Positions 1-12,063 of a stretch of DNA of 64,000 nucleotides are shown piece after piece (positions within the stretch are counted from its first letter, which is position 1; each line of letters begins with the position of its first letter). The notes under the pieces were generated by a model. That model saw only the letters and a list, made by a program, of their open reading frames with translations, was not told the origin of the DNA and searched no databases. Source of the DNA: Pseudogymnoascus verrucosus (lineage: Eukaryota); the NCBI GenBank assembly GCA_001662655.1, contig KV460206.1. One strand, 5' to 3'. Made by a program: the position numbers and the translations under genes.

Positions 1-1269
1 CACTCAGACTCGATCCAAAATCACTCTGAAGTTACCTACTCTGGCAACATCCCTATCCCTCGAAACTGCACAAACTCGGCGCCAGTCGAAGGGGGAACTC
101 GAGATACCGAAAAGTTTGCTCAGGCACTTGCCATACCTCTGATACAATCTAGTCGGAACGGAGAGGATCACGGTACTCATTGCGACGATTGTTCATGCTC
201 TCGATCAGCTACGCCAGAAGATGCATCTACAACCTTTACTATGTTAAGTAGGCAATCTCTTGTTGAGAATCCTATGTATAGGGCACATTTAAAGCAGAAC
301 GGCATCGATTTACTCCCTTCGTACAACCATTTGCCAGGGAATATTTCAGACTTCGTCAATCATCTATGGAAATATCGCAACCCGATAGGGCCATTGGAAA
401 GTCAAATACAATCGGATAAGCGACTAGCAAAGCTTAGAACGGGTTCCGCAGAGAGCGAGGTCGCATCATATTTCCAGGAACAGCTATTCCTGGTGTCCGA
501 ACAGACAGATATCCTAAAGGGAAGCCTCAAGTTGCCAATGTCTAAGCTTGTTGTCCCAGGCGTCGATTCAGAATTGAGGGTTAGCATCCCAGTCCCTGAT
601 ATTCTCTACGGTTACGACTGGTTAGGCGCTTTCACCGACGAAGAACAAGTCCAACTTAATTCAATGGTGATCCCGGTCTTTGGTAACAATGACGGCTTGG
701 TATTTCCCTTCTTCGCAATAGAGCAAAAGGGGGATGGTCCAGTCAGTCGAGGGAGCTTATGGGTTGCAACGAACCAATGCCTAGGTGCCTCTGCATCGTG
801 CGTCAACATAGTTGAGCGATTTAACCAGCTCCTGAGACAGTGCAACGATAACAACGACGACATTAAAGGCGGTAATATTGACGTCGGTCTACCCAATAGC
901 ACATCTTTTAGTATAGCTATGAATGGCTCCGAGGCGCGCCTCTACGTTACCTGGAAGCACGACGAGTTTAAATACCACACTGCAATCGTCGATAGCTTCC
1001 TCCTCCAAAGACCCATGGATTTCCTCAAATTCCGCAGGTACGTCCTGAATATACTCGACTGGGGCATGAGTGCACGCCTCACAGCAATCCGGAACTCGTT
1101 GGGCCACCTTCGCGAGGAGAGCAGGAAGATGGCCTCAAGACGGGCTAAGGCCCGACTGTCGCCTTCGATGGAGGACCGAGATAACGGACAGGCTCAAAAA
1201 CGGCGCAGGGGCTACCGACGAGCCGTTGTGGATGACACGGAGTCGAGCATGGATCCACTGACACTTTAG
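1..1269 (+). CDS. Fungal protein of unknown function with PD-(D/E)xK-like motifs (resembles the DUF7924-type family); possibly 5'-truncated by the window edge
   Basis: Frame 1 is open from base 1 through the 342-aa ORF at 241..1269. Motifs VPDILYGY, FPFFAIEQK, GSLWVATNQCLG and FSIAMNGSEARLYVTW match a fungal hypothetical-protein family recalled from memory. No search was run. Confidence 0.65.
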   Translation, partial: HSDSIQNHSEVTYSGNIPIPRNCTNSAPVEGGTRDTEKFAQALAIPLIQSSRNGEDHGTHCDDCSCSRSATPEDASTTFTMLSRQSLVENPMYRAHLKQNGIDLLPSYNHLPGNISDFVNHLWKYRNPIGPLESQIQSDKRLAKLRTGSAESEVASYFQEQLFLVSEQTDILKGSLKLPMSKLVVPGVDSELRVSIPVPDILYGYDWLGAFTDEEQVQLNSMVIPVFGNNDGLVFPFFAIEQKGDGPVSRGSLWVATNQCLGASASCVNIVERFNQLLRQCNDNNDDIKGGNIDVGLPNSTSFSIAMNGSEARLYVTWKHDEFKYHTAIVDSFLLQRPMDFLKFRRYVLNILDWGMSARLTAIRNSLGHLREESRKMASRRAKARLSPSMEDRDNGQAQKRRRGYRRAVVDDTESSMDPLTL

Positions 1270-1485
1270 GTTTGAAGTGATGGTGGAGTTGGATACGAGG
1301 CATCGGGCGTTAAATGTCTGGGAGATAGAGAGTTGGCTGAGCTGGAAGCGAGGAGTGCGAGAAGGGGAAATATTGTTACAGGCACTGTAACTGTCGATTA
1401 TCTTGCTTTTGTTAACATATCTTCAGCTTGCGGTTATAACAACAGAAATAACAATAAATTGATATCAGTTATTAAAAACCTGTCT

Positions 1486-2822
1486 TTAGACTTCATGCTT
1501 TCGACTGTTTAAATGCCCCCTCTTCATTAGTCGGTGCCTGTTATCGTACAGCTCTTTAAGTCCCCACCACTGTCGATTCAGCCGGCTTTCGGAGCCGGTG
1601 TAGATAAAGGCGTCGTACAAGAAACCCCCAAACGCACATCCACAGAAGGGGGCCACCATAGGAATCCAGAAATAATAGCCACCCGCAGACCAGACCCCCG
1701 GACCATACCCAAGAATATATGACATAAGACGGGGTCCAAAGTCACGAGCAAGGTTAATGGCGTATCCGGTATCCCAGCTAGAGAATATAAGCCAGAGGCT
1801 GCAGCACCTTGATGTGTGTTAACGTACCCAAAGGCGGCTCCAAGTCCAAAAATCAGAAAGAATAATCCAAGGGGAAATAGCGGTCCTGGGCCAGACTTCC
1901 CCATGGCGCCGGGATTTGAGACATCCTTCAATGCAAAAATGGCAAACATGAGGATCGAACTTGCGACGAACTCGGAAACGAACTGGCTCGTTTTCGCGAG
2001 GAATGGCTGTGGATATGTGCAGAATATTGCTGCTATAGTAGTCGGCGATGGGGGGACATTTCGAATCCCATGTCCTTCAAATTTATCGATGCCATTCACA
2101 TTATTAGCATAGACCACGCCAGCACCTACAAATCCTCCTAGACACTGAGCTAGGAAATAAATAGGACAACGCCTCCATGGTAGCTTTCGAAAGAGGCAGA
2201 ACCCCATTGTAATGGCGGGGTTCAAGTAACACCCTGAGTCGCCTGCAATATAGATACCAAAGAAGATACCTATACCCCAGCCCCAGTTGATCCCCTGATA
2301 GCTTCCGTATCCATTTTTCCTTGGAGCATTTATTTCACCCCCGCCCAAAAGAACTTGAGCTACGCTCCCATTGCCGAACATCACCATTACCATGGTGCCA
2401 AAGAATTCTGCAAATGGTTCGCGGAATACGACCCGAAAGCTGGGCCAGCTAAAGCGATTCGTTGACTCTTGTTCTGGTCTTATGTGAGGATCTTCTGATA
2501 ATCCCACTCTCTCTCGTAGGTGCGAGATTTGTTTCTCACGCTCCTTGAACTCTTCTTCTGTCATTTGTGAACCGTGTCTCGCTCAAGATTGACTGGTTGA
2601 TGTAGTACGGAGAACTGTAGCGCGTCCTCCCTCCTCTTTTCCAACAGAGAGATCGGCATCTTGGTTCTTTGATATAGGGCTGGCAATGACCTCAGAAGTC
2701 GCATTTTCGAAGTGTTTCGCATGTCCTCTGTTTGGCGTTGCTATTTTCTCATCAGGATCGCGAATAATTGGGCCGTTACAACCGGGCAGTTTCCTCTCTT
2801 GGAGATTTTGGTCGGAAGACAT
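1486..2822 (-). pseudogene. Aquaglyceroporin (MIP family, Fps1-like) with an in-frame TGA in the N-terminal extension; the channel core from Met at 2564 is intact
   Basis: Motifs EPFAEFFGT and GCYLNPAIT. Removing the 50-nt intron 1778..1827 (GTACGT..TAG) gives GWDTGYAINLARDFGPRLM (second motif NLA) and YYFWIPMVAPFCG. The ATG at 2822 is in frame with the ATG at 2564 but separated by TGA at 2583..2585. It could still function as a shorter protein. Confidence 0.7.
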
Positions 2823-3450
2823 CAATACATCCCTCTAGTTTTGTTGGCTTTGTTTGTGATTAATAAGGTCTTTGGTAAAATTTCCACAAAATTGACATGA
2901 ACTACTAATTCCATCGCACTCTTCTCAGGAACCTGAAGCCAATTTTGTACTCCATTGATCAATACTTCAGTCTGATGTCATTTCTAACATTTGTAACCGT
3001 TATAATATACAGCCTCTTATTGGTCGTAGACGTGAGACATCCCCTTTGCCGTAAGAATGCATTGTTTGGGTTCCAACAAAGTTAGGTATGGATGCAACTC
3101 GCCCACGTATCATTTCATTCAATAGATAGACCTAAGGCAAGCGGATTATATTCATCTAGAATCTCGCGGCGTAGACCACAAGATAGCACATTTTCACGCA
3201 AACGATCTATATAGAGTGGTTTAAAGTAACCACACCCCCACTTGTACGCAAAACAAAAGAAACAATTCACCACTGAACTTACTAATCGCCCCTTTCTACC
3301 CCCCAAAGAACTCTCATGCACTACAGCACAACTCTCGCCTTTCCACTTTCCCATGCCAAAACAAGACCGGTCTTCCCCATCAGCATTGCTGGATGAGGCA
3401 AACCAGCCTTGCGTTGTCCTAGGTGAACATTCTAGGACCACCAATTGTTG

Positions 3451-6400
3451 TTATTGAGCTTGCTCAATCCTTTGTCCTTGCATTTCCACCTGCTGCTGCT
3501 GTTGCCCAGCGCCAGCTCGTCCCTGCTCGGCGGCCTTCTCCTGACTGGGGCTCTCGCTCATTGTCAAGAACTGCGAGAACATATTACGCTGGAGGTCGCC
3601 ACCACCAGCGGCTGCAAGCTTCGCAGCTCTGCGGCGGAAAAAGATACGCTTACCCCATTTCCAAGTCTCAATACCAGCAAAGAAGAGGATTGCTTCGATG
3701 AGCACAATGGCCCATTCCCAGCTAATCCCAGTATGCTTGAAGACCACGTGGTTGATGACCGGGATATAGAGGACGGGGAAGACGGTGATGAATCCCGCCA
3801 TGATGGCCCAGAACAGGAACTGGTTGCGCCAAACATCGTGCATCCATTGGGTGAAGTACTTCTTGGATCCGGGCTGCATGCGGAAGAACGAGCGGCGCAT
3901 GTTGACCATCTCCCAGGCGAGGAAAAGGGCGAACCATGTGAGGCAGACAAAAGTCGTGGCCCGAGCGCGGAAGACGGTGTCGCACACTTCGCTGTAAGCA
4001 TCGTTGCAGCCGATACCGAGGTTGCCATCACCGAAGCCGAAGAGGACAATGGAGAAGGCGGCAAGGCAGAGGGCGGCCATCCATAGGCCATAGACGACCA
4101 TGTCGACCATTACTTCCATAGTGAAGACGCCAGTTTTGAGAGACTGCGGTGGGCGTTGCATGATGTCTGGGGCTGCAATTTCAACACCGAGGCCCATATC
4201 GGGCATACCTGAAAAATGGTTAGTGACAGGACGGGCATGGAAATAAATGGACAAGCTTACCAGAAGTGATCATAATAACCCAGAGAATTTCAACAGGCGC
4301 AAGAGGGAAAACCGAGAGGCCAGACTGGTCTTTGAAGGCAAGACCAATAAGAAGAGTACAAGCTTGTGCAATATTCTCGGCGAGGAGATGGAGAACAAAC
4401 TTCTGAATATTGTCAAACATACGTCTCCCCTCCTCAATGGCGTTGAGAATAGAAGCGAAGTTATCATCAGTAAGAACAATATCAGAAGCATCCTTTGCAA
4501 CATCAGAACCGGCTTGGCCCATGGCAATGCCAACATCAGCGCGTTTGAGAGATGGGGAGTCGTTGACACCATCACCGGTCATAGCAGCGAAGCATTTGCG
4601 GCGATGGAGCGCATCGATCATGCGGACTTTTGTTGTTGGGGAGCAACGAGCAATAACAAGAGGAAGAACAGGCAGGTCATCAATCTCGTCATCGGAGAGC
4701 TTATCGAATGCGCTGGCCGTCATGACCATAGAATCAACGACGTCCTTGGCAAAAGACGTCATATTCTCAGGAAGGATGCCAACTTGAAGAGCAATGGCCC
4801 TTGCGGTGCCAGGATGATCACCAGTTAACATATGAACTGCGATACCAGCCCGGTGGCATTCCGCGACAGCGCCGGCTGACTCTGGTCTTGGAGGATCATA
4901 CAAGCCAACAAGACCACGGAAAGTTAAGTTCTCTTCAATGACCTTGCGGTCAAGTGGCGCATTCTTGCCCGCGGGAACAGTATATTCCTTGCTTGCAAGA
5001 GCCAAAACACGAAGACCTTGCTTAGCAAGAGCCTCCATGTTTAATAGAATTTCCTCTCTGAAAACCTCGGTCATCTTAATAAGACCTTGGTCATTGTCCC
5101 AGTGAACTTCTGTGCAGGATCCCAAGACGCGCTCAACAGCACCCTTGGTAAAAACCATGGAACTTCCATCCTTGTGCTCGAAGATGACCGACATCTTCTT
5201 GACGTCAGAATCAAAAGGAAATTCAGCAGTTTGGGACCACTCGGGCTCATCTCCACTGGTGAAACGGTCGCGGCCCCAGTCAAAGCGAGACGCAAAAACT
5301 TGAATGGCAATTTCAGTTGGATCCCCGCGAGCCTTCCAGGTATTTTCACTCTTGTAGACACGAGCAAGATTAGCAAGCGATGCAACATTGAGGAAGTCCT
5401 TAAGGTGAGTATTATCTTCGAGGAGGTCGGCAAATGGCGTAACCTTCTCATGATCTCCCTGGGGGACATTGGATGGGGCAAAAGCGCTGTGGCTAATATC
5501 ACCAATCGATGGGTCGACGGGGTTTTCGGATGTACCAACGGAGTAAGTGCCCACAGCTGGAACCCAAGCCTTCTTGGTAACCATCTTGCCCTGGGTGAGT
5601 GTACCGGTTTTATCGGAGCAAATATCGGTCACAGCACCGAGAGCCTCGAGGGAATCCAACGTGCGAACTACAACGTTACGGGAAACCATTCTCTTGGTAC
5701 CAGCTGCCATTGTGATCGTTAACACCACAACCAATGACGCAGGAATCATAGACAAGCCTGTGGCGACTGCATAAATTATGACCTCGTTGTTGTTCGAGAA
5801 CTTATTGGCAGCCAAGACGATAATGGCGCAGACAATGGCGGTACCGAAGAGGAGGATAGCCAGTTTGGACAGCTTCCTTTGAAGGGGAGTGCCAACAGTT
5901 GTCCCAAGAAACTTGCCAATAAAATCGCCGGCAGTCAGACCCCATGCTTCAAGGTATCTGTGTGGCTTGACCTTGCCATCTTTGCTGCGCCTAGGTTCAC
6001 GGGTTTTCTTGTCAGTAGCCCGCAGTGCCAGTGCGATAGATCCAATTTCGGTTCTCATGCCAGTCGCATAGACGATACCTGTTGCACGGCCCTTGGTAAC
6101 GGTAGATGAGCTGTATGCAACGTTGAGGCGGTCACCCGGGCCAGTATCAGCGTCGAAGATGACCTTGGCCTCTTTTGCAACTGGGAGGGACTCTCCTGTG
6201 AGGAGAGCCTCGTCTGTCTCGAAGTTCATAGCATCGACTAATCTTTTCACTAAGTCAGTATGTGTGCGTTTATAATCGATCGACAATTGCATACCGGATA
6301 TCCGCAGGAACAGTATCTCCAGTCTTAAGCTCTACTTTGTCACCGGGCACTAGATCACCAGTGGGGATAGTTTCTGTCTTGCCATCTCGAACGACCACAG

Positions 6401-6841
6401 CAGTAGGAGAGCTAAGAGACCGTAGAGAGTCCATCGTTTTTTCAGCGCTGAACTCCTGGAAGAACCCAACGACGACGTTGAGGACGATGACAGCGGCGAT
6501 AACGCCACCTTCGATCCAGGATTTGATACCAAAACTCACGGCCATGGCCATGATCAGCACCTAAGTAATTACATCAGATGGCCGACTCTTTGAAAGGGGG
6601 TTGTGGATCTCATAACTAGAATCATTGCGTTTGCAATCTGATGGACCAGGATCTTGATGGGTTGCACACCCGGTCCATCGTCGAGCTCGTTGCGTCCCCA
6701 TTTCTCCGCGCGAGAGGAGATTTGGCTGCGTGCAAGACCGTCTTCGAGGTTTGTCTCAAGTTGATCTCGAGTTTCGTCAATTGTCAGTGCATGTGCAAAC
6801 ACAGCTTGCGGACCGCCGTCCAGGCCCTTATCTTTGGCCAT
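3451..6841 (-). CDS. ENA1: ENA-type (P2D) Na+/K+-exporting P-type ATPase, 4 exons
   Basis: Motifs DEALLTGES, CSDKTGTLTQGKM, GDPTEIA, TGDGVNDSPSLK and RARATTFVCLTWFALFLAWE. Three GT..AG introns near 6561..6615, about 6245..6295 and about 4210..4260 join the ORF pieces in frame. Confidence 0.95.
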
Positions 6842-7035
6842 TATGTAGAGAAAATAAATACAGCAAACGAAATGTGACAGTTGTTTTTCACGCGACCAAG
6901 AATAATTAACAATGGAAGAGAAGTTGTACGAGCAGCAGCAACAACTACTGTATATGTAGTCTTGGAAGTACCAACAGAGGAATTCGTGCTCCACCAAACC
7001 TTTAGGATGAGTCTTCAAGGTAGCAAGAAGTCCGA

Positions 7036-7063
7036 CTTGGCTTAGTCTTGGCCTGGTCTTGGC
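7036..7063 (-). promoter_or_regulatory. Three tandem PacC/Rim101-type sites (GCCAAG) upstream of the ENA ATPase
   Basis: CTTGGC on + at 7036, 7047 and 7058 (11-bp period), about 200 bp upstream of the ATG. A further GCCAAG lies at 7285. GCCARG is the established PacC consensus. Confidence 0.6.
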
Positions 7064-7499
7064 CTACAATCTTGGAGACACAAAATGAAAGAGAAGATGA
7101 AAAAGAAGACACGCATAACAACGGTAGGTAATACAATCAGTGGAACTCTAGATATCGTGGAGAAAACTAGATAACGCCCATTGCGACCTTGTGTTATCCA
7201 CGTTGATATCTCCGCCATCCTGTTTGGTTAATGGGGTGGCAACAGTGCGAAGAGTCCAGTTGTTGGCCCAGATATATGACGAGTGCCAAGTAAAAACAAA
7301 TTCGTACTCGGTATACATCCCACAATATATCCCACAGAACTTACTCAGATATGCTCGCGTGCCCATACCAAGGCGGCTAAACTCGGGCCTAATCGCATGA
7401 TGTTGTACGTTGACCATTGACTAACATTGTACATATCTTAAAATATAAATAGAAGAGGTTTAAAAAGCCTCCAAAAAAAAAAGTGCTAAAAAGGCAAAA

Positions 7500-7618
7500 A
7501 CATACAACAGTGGGTATTCGCTGGTGGTCACCCACCCAACTACTAATCCACCGATCTCAAGCTTGTGTATGGCAGAGCGGACGGGATGCCCAATTCTCTT
7601 GAGTCTATGGTCGTATGT
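7500..7618 (-). rRNA. Dispersed 5S rRNA gene
   Basis: Minus strand reads ACATACGACCATAG...CCCGTCCGCTCTGCC...TTAGTAGTTGGGTGGGTGACCACCAGCGAATACC...GTTGTATGT, followed by T-runs (Pol III terminator). A TTTATA element lies about 25 nt upstream (7641..7646). Confidence 0.97.
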
Positions 7619-7683
7619 GACTGTTCTTTTGCTACGATGCTATAAATGAATAGATTGTTGTTCTGTTCTTTCATACAATAGAA

Positions 7684-9503
7684 TCATCGCAGCTCGACCC
7701 TACACCCGCCAACAATGGACATGACCATTGTGATTTTCTGCTTTTCCACCCCCACCCGACCGAAAGGCTCATTCTTAGGCAGTTTAATTTTCGGAAACTT
7801 TTGTATAATTCGTACGACCGTGTATGCCGCTTCACTGAGCGCAAAGTCCACTATCGTAGAACATAAGAATAAATGTCAGTCATAAAGGGGGATGGATGCT
7901 AGAGAGATTGTAGATGCTTACTTCCAAGGCATATTCTTGGCCCACCATTAAAGGGCAAATATCCCCATTTTGAATATATCTCGTTCTCGCTCAGGGGCAT
8001 TTGTTCGTCCCATCTTTCGGGGCGAAAGAGTTCGGCATCCATGTCATATAGATCGGGTCGTCGATGCATTGTGTACACGCTGTATGCGACAGAGCTGCCT
8101 TTGGGTATGAGAACTGGAGCGGTGCGATCTGGCCCACCGCCGGTTGGAAGGATAGTTGTGCATAGAGCAGTTTGTGCGTTGACTGGCACAGGAGGATAAA
8201 GACGAAGTGGTAGCTAACTCAGGACTTATTATCGTGGGTTAAGAATCTGTGGAACTCACTTTCTTTGAGAACATTTTGAAGATATTTCATATTTCGAAGA
8301 CTGTTTCGAGTCAGATCTGTGTTGCTGTCAAGCTTAAAAATCTCGTCTCGTAGTTTTTCGAGGACCTGCGGATGTCTAATAAGTAGAAAGAAGGTCCAAG
8401 ATAGAAGGCATGCTGTCGTATCTCTGCCCGCAGTTAAGATGTTGATTATTTGACTTCTCAGTGCAGTTCGACTCGGTGTTTTCTTAGCCATTGCCTGTAG
8501 GAAGACATATTGGTCTTCTTCACCGTCTGTCATCTCGTGCGAGAGATTACGATCAATTATCTTGTCCGCAAATGAGTGCACTGTCTCGCACGCATCTCGG
8601 AAGTTCTTCCCTCCAATCAGCCAATACAGATCAAGAAGTCGAAACCGCCTAGCAACATAATCCTGTGCTATGTTGAAAGCATCTGCGAATGCCTGCTCTC
8701 CAGATCCTTCCCCCGCCTTAAGGCTTTCTATTGACACCCCAAATAAGAATGCCGTCGTGACGTCGAGGGCCAGCCGAAAGAAGAGAGGCTGAAGATCTAC
8801 AACACCACCAGATGCTGGTATTTTTTCTAGGAGATTGTCGCAAGCGTCTCCAAAAAAATCCAAGTCCGCATACTTCTTGAAGTGAAACTGTGGTCGAAGC
8901 AGCTCTCGTGATTGCTTCCAGGTACCTCCGTCCTGGGTGAATATCCCGTCGCCGAACATGGGAAATGTAATCTCACGTCGTAGTCCCATCCCAAAATCTA
9001 ATTAAATTTAGTTCTCATTGTATTTATCTTGGCTCTTAGCACCGTTGTAAAGCACGCCAGGGTTTCGAAACTGACCTTTGAAGTTGGAAGACAAGATAGC
9101 CTCCATGTTTGCTGGATCAACGGTTCCAAACGCTGGAACCCCCAGAAACACCTGCTCCAATGTCCATCCTGTTTATCGAAAGTGAAATAGGAAAAGCTCC
9201 ATCAATCGTGATTCTGTGTTCGCACGGAAAATCTGTTCCAAGCGATCCACGCCAAAGGGACGCTGGTTCTGAAGTCTGGGGGCTGGAAGGCAACCATGGA
9301 GGTCTCCAAGTGCTTTATTTGCCTTCATTGCATTTAGTGAACGTTAATTTCTAGAGCTTTCGGATCCAGACCTTGCGCCGTTCAACTTTCTTGTGCCTAT
9401 AGCGCACAAACAAACATACGGCGAGAAGCGCAATCAACGGCTGAATATACATGTGTATGGCGGCACCCATGTTAGCGGATGATGCAACTATCATGAACGA
9501 CAT
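7684..9503 (-). pseudogene. Cytochrome P450, CYP52-clan-like (alkane/fatty-acid hydroxylase type), disrupted
   Basis: Motifs FGDGIFTQDG, AGRDTTACLLSW, FRPERW and heme motif YLPFNGGPRICLG. There is an in-frame TAA at 9173..9175 (FHFR*TGWTLEQ), and the intron at 8210..8259 ends in TAC instead of TAG. Confidence 0.85.
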
Positions 9504-9798
9504 TGTTGTGCATCGAGGTGTTAATGTTTGTTTTGTTGATTAATATGAACAAAGAACGGCATGGACAATATTGCGGTGTAACGATCTACAAACGTGATCA
9601 AAGAACAGCGTAGTGCTAAGGTATGCAAGGGGTCACCAACTCAACCTCGGGTTCCTAAGTCAGGCGGTACAACTCCTTAATCCCAAAGACCTATCCGTCT
9701 TGTCCCCATAGTATTTACGCTTGATGCGAATAGGCGCCGCCTCCCGAGGATTACATTTTTGTTATATTTGAAGTTTTAACATTTCTTATTCCTATCTC

Positions 9799-11742
9799 TC
9801 AAACCTTGGGGTTTGCATTGGCATCGACATCCTCGGCGTGCTCAAGGTCATCCATCTCAAGTTTTTCATTCTGGTTCTCAAAGAGTGCCATGTCATGCGA
9901 CATACCCTGTGTTTTAAAAGAGCTGAACTTCCACGCTGGAATATTAGCATCGAAGAGTTGATCTATTTCCTCCAAGTTACGACCCTTGAGCTCAGGCATA
10001 CAGAACCATACCCACACAGCACCAAGAGCAGCAAATCCTCCCCAAACGTATCCTAATTTAGCCCCGAGGTTGGCATAAGGCGCAGAGAGCAGATATGGAG
10101 TCGTAAAAACCACCACAAAACCGACGACAACATTTATGGCAGTAGAGAAAGCCATTGTCTTCTCTCGAAGAGATGCAGTACCAATCTCTGCAGCCGTAAT
10201 ATATGCTGCTGGCCCAAGTGTTGCATGAAGGGCCGCGGCGTAAAGGATGAATGATGCGACCATCCCATCGGTCTCTGATTGGGTGCGGTTTGCCTTAGAG
10301 CCAATACCACCAATGAGACAAAGGAACAGAGCTTGGATCCAGTTTCCCCAGAATGTGACTTCTCGACGGCCAAATGCATCGAGCGCCAGCATACCTATGA
10401 TGGCGGTAACGACTGATACTCCGTTGTTGACGGCAGCATAGACAAATGCCTTCCCTCCGAGTCCAACCTGTCTGTAAAATGTAGGGCCATAGGAGCTGCT
10501 AAATGTAACACCAGTCAATTGTTGAAGAGACATGATGCTCACTGCGATGCTGCAAGTACGTTAGCAGCGCTACCATCTATTGTCATGTTTTTCAATTTAC
10601 CCAGTTCGTCTTCTGTTTTTGCTGTTAAACAGAGCCACCCAAGGTTGTTTGTGTGTAATCTTCGTGCCTTCCTCTCGAAGCGCTGCAAGCTCGAACTCGC
10701 AAATCCCATTTGCTACATCCTCTTCACGTCGAAGCTTCTGGAGGACACTAAGAGCTTCCTCGCTACGATCTTTACTAACGAGCCAGCGGGGGGAGTCTGG
10801 TTATCATTAATATAAGGAAATCAGAGTGTGGCGAAGGGTTCTTACTAGGTGTAAATGGAATTCCAACTAAAATTATTATAGCAGGTAGAACCTGCAAAGC
10901 AGTAGCGATGATCCATCCAGCATCGGTTTTGCTAGTTGACATCGAATTGTTGACGATGCCGGCGATGAGTGACCCAAACGTAAGAAAGAGTTGAATTGAT
11001 CCAACAAAGAATCCACGTAGAGGAGCAGGTGAGATCTCGGTTTGATATGTGGGTACCACCTGAATCTACTGTCAGTATGGAACGATACCTAGAGCCTATG
11101 TGGAAGACCTACATTTTCAACTAATCCGACCGCTGTGTAGATGATGACTCGACCAACTGTATATTGCGCCGGTGTTGAACTGGTAACCTGGACTATTCGC
11201 TAGTTAATCAGCTGAGAAGCAGGATGGTGTCTTCTAGCTTACTGATAACCCCAACGATTTGAGTAACACAAGTGATGAGCATCGTTTTCTTGTGTCCTAA
11301 TTTTTCGATCAGGGGCCCGACGAGCAGAGTTCCCAAGAATTTGCCAATTAAAGCAAGGCTTAAAGCCGTCAGCAGAGACCTTAATAACGTGCTAATTTCA
11401 AGACTTACCTGTTCATCAGCGATGCAAGCGCAGGAGGTAAGGCGTAAATGCGTTTGGCTGCGTTGAACTCTCCGAATTTTCGTGCAAAAGGAGTAAAGGC
11501 TTGCACGCCAGCAAAAGAAGCCCCGTCACTGTTGGAAATGTCAGGTTGCGCTCCTTAATTATTGTAAGGGCATGCTAACTATCCTAAGTATTTGTTAGAG
11601 CTTGATCTATAGTAAAACTAGAGTAAGGTAACCTACCAAAGAAGATGCTTCCCATAGAGTAAACTAAGCACGCATAGATGAGTCGTGGGGTTGCCGCAGC
11701 CCATGACTGACGGCTCACAAAGATGTTGCCTTTTCCAGCCAT
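9799..11742 (-). CDS. MFS sugar porter family transporter (8 exons, including a 4-nt exon)
   Basis: Spliced protein contains FFGYDGA, VPTYQTEISPAPLRG, PNSPRWL, LQQLTG, LDAFGRR and PELKGRNLEEID. All junctions are GT..AG and in frame. Confidence 0.92.
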
Positions 11743-11844
11743 GATGAAGGAACAAGAAGAACTAGATTGTCATAGATTTTACAATAGCGAAGCCAACGTA
11801 GATGGAAGGGTATATATACTTCGACGGGGTTGTTAAATCGGCAT

Positions 11845-12063
11845 GCGGGGGATGGGGTCAGAGTGGGGAACGTGGAGCCCGATACCACTTTGATGGCGGG
11901 GGAGGAGAGGGTAGCAAATGATACGGCATAAACATCAGTGAGGGCTTCCTGTAGCCCATGTTCAGGCCTTCCGATTGCGGGGAAGAATGTGAAAGTAAAA
12001 TACCAGAAAGGATGTAAATGCAGGCACAGCAGTAGAAAGGATTTAGTGATATGCTAAGTGGAG
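11845..12063. promoter_or_regulatory. Cluster of CreA/Mig1-type SYGGRG sites in the divergent promoter between transporter and oxidoreductase
   Basis: GCGGGG at 11845, 11896 and 11977, GTGGGG at 11863, GTGGAG at 11872 and 12058. Confidence 0.5.

Noticed and set aside
3445..6564. Long + strand ORFs antisense to the ENA ATPase (for example 3445..4086 and 5087..5722)
   Set aside because: They are shadow ORFs from codon bias of the real gene and carry no recognisable motifs. The same applies to antisense ORFs over SND1, the kinase, SSK1, the sulfatase and the permease.
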